This document shows, piece after piece, positions 55,990 through 64,000 of a DNA stretch of 64,000 nt. The stretch lies in the NCBI RefSeq assembly GCF_963921235.1, contig NC_086109.1, positions 8,372,001 to 8,436,000 on the forward strand, given 5' to 3'. The position numbers were made by a program, and so were the translations under genes. Origin of the DNA: Mobula hypostoma (lineage: Eukaryota). Every line of letters begins with the position of its first letter. Position 1 is the first letter of the stretch. Under the pieces are notes generated by a model. It searched no databases. It saw nothing but the letters and a program-made list of their open reading frames with translations, and was not told the origin of the DNA.

Positions 55990-56620
55990 ACAACTTTTAA
56001 TACCAATAAACAAAATGCTAAGCAGGTTGCATGGGCGATCCCTCGTGGATATCAGATGGGGAGCGGGCAACATCTAGACAACCGCCTCAGCGCTGTTGTG
56101 ATTTTGGCTGCAATGTGCGCCGTCCTCCCCACCACCTCCCTCCTTGTTTCGCTAGAGCCCGCGGGTTTGCCGTGGCCTCCACAGTTGGGCTTGCCTTCTG
56201 CTCCTACCCCGACGCCAGGCGGCCTGGGAAGGCCCGTCCGAGGTGGGGAAGGGCGCCACAGAAATGCAGGATCCTTCTCCCTTCCCGCTCCCCACCCCCA
56301 CCCCCCAGCACCGAATGCTCCAGGCCGGGCCCGCGGCAAACCGCCCACCCCCTCCTCCTCCTCCTTTCCCCCACACTCACCCTCGCCCGATCCCAGAGCC
56401 TCCGGTGCTCCGGAGGGAAGAAACAATTGTGCGGCAACATCAACCAACGCGGCGCCCCGCTCACCAACCACTTTCAGTCCGTCCGTCGCCCCGCACAGAT
56501 CGTCACTTCCGGCCAGTCCGGCACCTCGCCCGCTGTTGCCCCCTACCTCAGCTGATTGGAACTACAGCCAAACTCCTGGACACACCTTCAGAGGGGACTG
56601 AACCAACAGTTCTAGTAACT
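55990..56620 (-). promoter_or_regulatory. CpG island promoter and upstream exon 1 of the TAF8 transcription unit
   Basis: GC/CpG-rich. ETS-CRE-like CCGGAAGTGACG (56501-56512), CCAAT box (56555-56559), candidate donors after 56465 (G|GTGAGC) and 56381 (AGG|GTGAGT). Confidence 0.8.
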
Positions 56621-56889
56621 CAGTCGTCAAGGTCAAGGCGAATTTATTATCAAAATACGCATGTATCACGATATACTACCTTGAGCTTCATTTTCTTGCA
56701 GGCATTTAGAAGAAAATAAAGAAATGCAATAGAATTTATGAAAAAACTATACACAAAGACTGACAAACAACCAATGTACAAAAAAACTAATTCTACAAAT
56801 ACAACAAAACAAAATAATATCGAGAACACGAATTGTAGATTTCTTGAAATGGAGTCTGGTTTGTGGAATCAGTCCAGGTGATTGAAGTT

Positions 56890-57955
56890 ATTAATGAATA
56901 AAAACATACATGTTCTTTAAAACAAACCGAAAGGGTGTAGGCTGAAGCTACAGCTTATTACCCCTACCCCTCTTACTTATACAACATATTTGGTGTCAAT
57001 CATCGCATCAAAAACAAAAAATTTCATAATCTTTTAACACAAAATCCAAATCCAAACATCATTTATTTACATTACTCCCATTCATTTTAAATTATGTATT
57101 TTATATTTGTTCATTAAATTATTTTAAGATCATTTTTTAAACTTGTTAAGTGTGGTGCATGTTTTTAAATTCTCACTACAACTGTCCCATAGATTCACCC
57201 CCTGAGTGAGATACAATGATTTTTTACATTCGTTCTTATCCTTTGTTTTTGAAATATACTTGTTCCTCTCAAATCATGTTGACTTTCTCTCATTTTAAAC
57301 AACCTTTGGATACTTCGTGGTAGTTGTCCATTTTTTACTTTATACATAATTAGTATTATTTTAACATCTTTGAAATCTCTGAATTTTAAAGTGTTTAGTT
57401 GAATAAATAGTGCATCAGTTGGCTCATAATAACTTGTTTTATTTACAATACGTATGACTTTCTTTTGGAGTAGAAAAATTGAGATTGTATTTGTTTTGTA
57501 TGTATTTCCCCATACCTCTACACAGTAAGTAATGTATGGGACTATAAGTGAACAGTATAATGTATACAAAGATTCCTGATTTAAGAAATCTTGCACTTTG
57601 TACAGTATTGCAATAGATTTTGACATTTTTGCTTTGACATAATTTATATGTGGTTTCCAGCTTAATTTATTATCTATTACCACTCCTAAAAATTTTGTTT
57701 CAGATACCTTATTAATTTGAACATCATTTATTCTAAGTTTACTATATGTTTGGTACACAGTTTCCAAATATTATGAATTTAGTTTTACTTAGATTTAGTA
57801 ATAATGTGTTAGTATCTAATCATTTCTTTAAAATTTTTAGTTCTTTCTCCACTGTATCCAAAAGTTGTTTCAGATGTTCCCCACTACAAAATATAGTTGT
57901 ATCATCAGCAAATAATATACATTTTAATGTCTGAGAGACCATACATACATCGTTT
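56890..57955 (-). mobile_element. AT-rich L2/Crack-like LINE 3' fragment
   Basis: FADDT motif (~57899-57913) and a 190-aa ORF with KFLGVVIDNKLSWKPHI...LYCSLIVPYITYCVEVWG. Confidence 0.8.
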
Positions 57956-58244
57956 ATCAATGCTGGTTCAGGAGCCTGATGGTTGAAAGGTAATAACTGT
58001 TCCTGAACCTGGTGGCGTGGGAACTAAGGCTCCTGTACCTCCTGCCCGATGGCAGCAGTGAGACGAGAGCATGGCCTGTAGGGTATTTGATGATGGATGA
58101 TCCTTGAAAATGTGCTCAATGGTAGGGAGGGCTTTGCCTGCGATAGACAGGGCTGTATCCACCACTTTGTGTAGATACTTCCATTCCTGGGCATTGATAG
58201 TTCCATACCAGGCCATGATGCAACCATTCAGGATAGTCTCCACT

Positions 58245-59720
58245 GTCAGAACGTCTTTCACGAGGGTGAACCCTTGCAAGGTGTCAGGCCCTGATAGTTT
58301 ACCTGGTAGTCCTCTGAAAACCTGTGCCAACCAACTAGTGGGAGTGTTCAAGGACATCTTCAATCTCTCACTGCTGTGGTCAGAAGTTGCCGCCTGCTTC
58401 AAAGGGGTGACAATCGTACCAGTGCCTAAGAAGAGCATGGAGAGCTGCCTCAATGACTATCACCCAGATGCACTTACATCTACTGTGATGCGATGCTTTG
58501 AGAGGTTTTTCATGGCCTAAGCAAAGACCTGGACATAATGCAATTTGCCTGTCGCCACAATAAGTCTACAGTGGATGCAATCTCATGGCTCTTCATTCAG
58601 TCTAGGATCACCTGGACAACAGCAAAACCTACATCAGACTGCTGTTTATTGATTATATCTCAGCATTCAACACCATCGTCCCTCAGTATCAACAAGCTTC
58701 AAAATATTGGCCTCTGTACTTCCCTCTGCAACGGGCTCCTTGACTTCTTCACCAGAAGACTACAATCTGTGCAGATCGGAAATAACATCTCCTCCCCACT
58801 GACAATCAACACCAGGGCACCTCAGGGATGTGTGCTTAGCCCACTGTTCTACTCTCTCTACACCATGACTGTGTAGCTAGGCACAGCTCAAACACCATCT
58901 ATAAATTTGCCAATGACAAAACTATTGTTGGCAGAATTTCAGAAGGTGATGAGGAGGCGTATTGAAGTGCGATAGATCAGCTGGTTGAGTGATATCAGAA
59001 CAACAGCCCTTCCCCTCAATGTCAGAAAGACCAAGGAATTGATTGTGGACTTTAGGAAAGGAACATCGAGGGAACACACACCAGTCAAGGGATCCGAAGT
59101 GGAATGGGTGAGCAGTTTCAAGTTCCTGGGTGTCAGCATCTCTGTAGATCTACTCTGGACCCAACATTTTGATGCAATTACAAAGAAGGCACAACAGTAG
59201 TTATATTTCACTGGAAGTTAGAGGAGACTTGGCATGCTATCAATGACTCTCGCAAATTTCTACAGGTGTACCATGGACAGCATTCTGACTGGCTGCATCA
59301 CCCTCTGGTATGGGGGGGCCACCGCACAGGATCAGAAAATGTTGAAGAAAGTTGCAAACTCGGCCAGTTCCGTGTTGGGCACCACCCTCTCCAGCTCAAG
59401 GACAGCTTCAAAAGGCAATGCCTCTGAAAGGCAGCATCCAACATTAAGGACCCCCATCACCCAAAACATGTCCTCCATTCTTTGCTATCATCAAGGAGGA
59501 GGTACAGGAGCCTGAAGCCAAACACCCAACATTTTAGGAACAGCTTCTTCCCCACCTCCACCAGATTTCTGAATGGACAATGAACCCATGTATACTACCT
59601 CACTATATACATATTTCTTATTGTAATTTATAGATTTTTATGTATTCCTCTGGACGGCTGCTGCAAAACAACATATTTCACGACATATGCCAGTGATATC
59701 AAATCTAATCCTGATTCTGA
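58245..59720 (+). mobile_element. Rex1/Babar-type LINE (degenerate RT)
   Basis: IVPVPKK..CLNDY.P.ALTS.VMRCFER, PQGCVLSPL and KTKELIVDFRK motifs. Confidence 0.88.
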
Positions 59721-60564
59721 TTGCGCATCTAAAGAAGTTTGTCAAAGTTTTAGATGACATGCCTTCTTTGTGATGGAACTAAGCTCTAGACCTGGGACAG
59801 ATTCTCTGAAATGACAATGCCAAGGAATTTCAAGTTACAATACAGTTGTCCCCCACCTCTCCTTCCACCAAGACAGTACAGTTACCAGCACAGTATCAAC
59901 TACAGGAGGAAGAAGCCAGAGGCCCATGAGCCAGTCCTCATTCGGGGATCAGAGGTGGAGGTGGCATTATGCATGTTTCAATGTACGTGCAAGAAAGCAG
60001 CATCCATCATCAAGGACCCCCTAAAATCCAGGCCATGCTCCTGTCTCACTGCTGCAGGGGATGGAGCAGCCCCAAGTCCCACATCGCCAGGTTCAGGAAC
60101 AGCTATTACCCTCAACTCACAGGCTGCTGAACCAGAGGAGATGACTTCACTCGCCTCAACTCTGAACTGATTCCACAACCAGTCCTGATGAAGCGCCTCA
60201 GCCTGAAATGTCTACTGTATGTTCATCTCCACAGATGCTGCGTGACCTGCTGCGTTCCTCCAGCACTTTGTGTCTGTTGCCTTGGATTTCCAGCATCAGC
60301 CGACTTTCATGTGTTTGTGATTCCGCAACCTATGGACTCATTTTTAATGATTCCACATATCATGTTCTCGATATTTATCATTTTATTTGTTTATTTGTTT
60401 GTTTGTTTCTTTTTATTACTGTATTTCTTTTTTTGTATTTGCACAGTTCGTTGTCTATTGCACAGCAGTCGTTGCAGCTTGCTGCGTGCGGTTTATCATT
60501 AATTCTATTGTGTTTCTTTGTATTTACTGGCACTTCCCACAAGAACAGGAAATGAATCTCAGGG

Positions 60565-61490
60565 TTTGCTGATGATACAAAGATTGGAGGTGTAGTAGAC
60601 AGTGAGGAAGGTTTTCAGAGCCTGCAGAGGGACTTGGACCAGCTGGAAAAATGGGCTGAAAAATGGCAGATGGAGATTAATACTGACAAGTGTGAGGTAT
60701 TGCACGTTGGAAGGACAAACCAAAGTAGAACATACAGGGTTAATGGTAAGGCTCTGAGGAGTGCAGTGGAACAGAGGGATCTGAGAATACAGATACAAGA
60801 TTCCCTAAAAGTGTCGTCACAGGTAGATAGGGTCGTAAAGAGAGCTTTTGGTACATTGGCCTTTATTAATCAAAGTATTGAGTATAAGAGCTGGAATGTT
60901 ATGATGAGGTTGTATAAGGCATTGGTGAGGCCGAATCTGGAGTATTGTGTTCAGTTTTGGTCACCAAATTACAGGAAGGATATAAATAAGGTTGAAAGAG
61001 TGCAGAGAAGGTTTACAAGGATGTTGCCGGGACTTGAGAAACTCAGTTACAGAGAAAGGTTGAATAGGTTAGGACTTTATTCCCTGGAGCGTAGAAGAAT
61101 GAGGGGAGATTTGATAGAAGTATATAAAATTATGATGGGTATAGATAGAGTGAATGCAAGCAGGCTTTTTCCACTGAGGCAAGGGGAGAAAAAAACCAGA
61201 GGACATGGGTTAAGGGTGAGGGGGGAAAAGTTTAAAGCGAACATTAGGGAGGGCTTCTTCACACAGAGAGTGGTGGGAGTATGGAATGAGCTGCCAGACG
61301 AGGTGGTAAATGGGGGTTCTTTTTTAACATTTAAGAATAAATTGGACAGATACATGGATGGGAGGTGTATGGAGGGATATGGACCGTGTGCAGGTCAGTG
61401 AGACTAGGCAGGAAATGGTTCGGCACAGCCAAGAAGGGCCAAAAGGCCTGTTTCTGTGCTGTAGTTTCTATGGTTCTATGGTTCTATGGT
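60565..61490 (+). mobile_element. Young 5'-truncated CR1 LINE
   Basis: Uninterrupted frame from FADDTK to the stop at 61401; (TTCTATGG)n tail. Confidence 0.92.
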
Positions 61491-61599
61491 TATATATGAT
61501 GATATATATGTGCCTTTATAATAAATTTACTTAGAACTTTGAAGGAAAGCTTATCTTTTCTCTTTTTAAAAATGTTGTGTCAGATTGAGAGTCAGAATC

Positions 61600-62965
61600 A
61601 CAATCTGAATCAGGTTTATTATCACCGGCATGTGTCATGAAATTTATTAACTTACCAGCAGCAGTTCAATGCAATACATAATATAGAAGAAGAAAAAAAA
61701 CAGTAAATAAATAAGTAATTCAATCACAGTATACGTATATTGAATTGATTAAAAATCATGCAAAAAATCAGAAATAATATATATTAAAAAAGTAAGGTCA
61801 TGTTCACAGGTTCAGTGCCCTTTTAGGAATCGGATGGCAGAGGGGAAGAAGCTGTTCCTGAATCGCTGAGTGTGTGCCTTCAGGCTTCTGTACCTCCTAT
61901 CTGATGGTAACAGTGAGAAAAGGGCATGCCCTGGGTGCTGGAGGTCCTTAATAATGGACGCTGCCTTTCTGAGACACTGCTCCCTGAAGATGTCCTGGGT
62001 ACTTTGTAGGCTAGTACCCAAGATAGAGCTGACGAGATTTACAACCTTCTGCAGCTTCTTTCAGTCCTGTGCAGTAGCCCCTCCATACCAGACAGTGATG
62101 CAGCCTGTCAGAATGCTCTCTACTGTACAAATATAGAAGTCTTTGAATGTATTTGTTGACATACCAAATCTCTTCAAACTCCGAAAAAAGTACAGTCACT
62201 GTCTTGCCTTCTTTATAATTGCATTGATATGTTGGAACCAGGTTAGGTCCTCAGAGATCTTGACACCCAGGAACTTGAAGCTGCTCACCCTCTCCACTTC
62301 TGATCCCTCTATGAGGATTGGTATGTGTTCCTTCGTCTTACCCTTCCTGAAGTCCACAATCAGCTCTTTGGTCTTGCTGATGTTGAGTGCCAGGTTGTTG
62401 CTGCGACGCTGCTCCACTAGTTGGTATATCTCACTTCTGTACGACCTCTTATCACCATCTGAGATTCTACCAACAATGGTTGTATTATCAACAAATTTAT
62501 AGATGGTATTTGAGCTATACCTAGCCACACAGTCATGGGTATAGAGAGGGTAGAGCAGAGGGCTAAGCACATACCCCCGTGGTGCACCAGTGTTGATTAT
62601 CAGCGAGGAGGAGATGTTATCACCTATCCGCACAGATTATGGTCTTCTGGTTAGGAAGTCAAGGATCCAGTTGCAGAGGGAGGTACAGAGGCCCAGGTTC
62701 TGTAACTTCTCAATCAGCATAGTGGGAATGATCATATTAAATGCTGAGCTATAGTCGATGAACAGCATCCTAGCATAGGTGTTTGTGTTGTCCAGGTGGT
62801 CTAAGGCCATGTGAAGAGTCATTAAGTTTTCATCTGCCATTGACCTATTGTGGCGATAGGCAAATTGTAATGGGTCCAGGTCCTTGCTGAGGCAGGAGTT
62901 CAGTCTAGTCATGACCAACCTCTCAAAGCATTTCATTACTGTCGATGTGAGTGCTACCAGGCGAA
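61600..62965 (-). mobile_element. Rex1/Babar-type LINE (degenerate RT)
   Basis: [31 protein letters not shown] and SSFKFLG motifs. Confidence 0.9.
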
Positions 62966-64000
62966 TCTCCTAGACTCTGTCTCCAGAAGGTTTGCCATGT
63001 GAATAAAGACATTTGTACTTTCCATTTACAACCACCGTGTGGCTCAGTTTAGTCCGTCACAACACAAGATAAGTGGTTGGTCATTTAAAGTTTCACTCAG
63101 TCAGTAATGGAGTCTCTAAGATACTCAGTCCTTGAGGGTGGTGGAGGCTGCATCATTAAAGGTAGAGATGGATAAATGTTTGGTAGATCAAAGAAGAGAG
63201 GGAGAAATGGCAGAGAAGAGAAGTTGAAGCTCCTCAGAAGGCTGCTGTGTTCAAGCGAACATTCTCCTCGATGCTGTCAGAGGATGTTATTAAAATTTTG
63301 AGATTTTGGATGGGACTGTGGACCGTAGATCAAGCTAACTGTAGTCATATTGGTCTCCTTCCGTTGTCTGTATTTTTTCCCATTCTTCCTTCTTGCTGAT
63401 TGGCATGTTGGGGTTGGGGGTTAAGGGTTTGATGTTCTTGTTGCTGCTTCCTATTTTTTGTGTGAGGGAGGGAGTTTGGGGTTTGATATGCTTATTGCCA
63501 TTTTCTGTATGAAGTGATCTGTTAGTTTTTTTGTGCGAGGGAGGGAGGTTGGGGGTTTGGGGTTTGCAAATAGTTGTTTCTTATATTTGTGTGTGGGGGG
63601 TGGTTGATGTCTTTCTTTCAATAACCCATGGTTTTCTTTGTTTCATGGCTATCTGGAGAAGATGAATCTCAGAGTTGTATACTGCATACTGTACATACTT
63701 TGATAATAAATGAACCTTTGGACCTTTGAGACAAGCCATAATCGTATTGAATGGCAGAACAGCCTTGAGGGGCTGAGTGGCCTTCTCCTGTTCTTATATT
63801 CTTGTCTTCTTGGTATCAATTAATAAACAGAACTTCTTGAGATTTTTTTCCCAAAAGCTGTTCCTTCTTTCAGTGAAACCCATGGACAAATTAAACAAGC
63901 TATTTCTTAAGTTTGTCTTTGGGCTTCACTGAAAGAGGGAGGCTGAAGGAAGAGGGGGAATTAGATGAGGAATTAAAGTCCCTTCTCTTTTGTTCTGTCC

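Noticed and set aside
55975..56719. Long overlapping ORFs (up to 208 aa) on both strands
   Set aside because: Low-complexity Pro/Gly/Arg frames expected in a CpG island; no homology recognised.
60634..61401. 255-aa ORF as a host gene
   Set aside because: It is the C-terminal part of a CR1 reverse transcriptase from a 5'-truncated insertion.

Overview
Vertebrate genomic DNA, probably from a cartilaginous fish such as a ray (inferred from the HE1/V-type SINEs and the CR1, Rex-Babar and Penelope repeat content). Two spliced genes lie in tandem on the minus strand. TAF8 is complete (8 coding exons, 957 nt, 318 aa). About 1.1 kb past its poly(A) signal, MDM4 begins; exons 1-8 are present and the 3' exons lie beyond the window start. 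The main surprise is that the best first coding exon for TAF8 (52584-52661, MTTATVSDTYTPTDATCRVSVENVTQ) is a diverged, indel-free paralog of MDM4 coding exon 2 (23937-24014, MTTASTSKSYTSSGNPCSISAEKVGQ). Either TAF8 has captured an MDM4 N-terminus, or TAF8 sits between two alternative MDM4 5' ends, or both. The introns are dense with transposon fragments. These include a family of Penelope-derived hairpin elements with 13-14 bp target-site duplications and a hammerhead-like core, a non-autonomous Helitron, Tc1 elements and a HERO-like fragment. Exon boundaries were read by eye, and comparisons to human proteins are from memory, not from a search.
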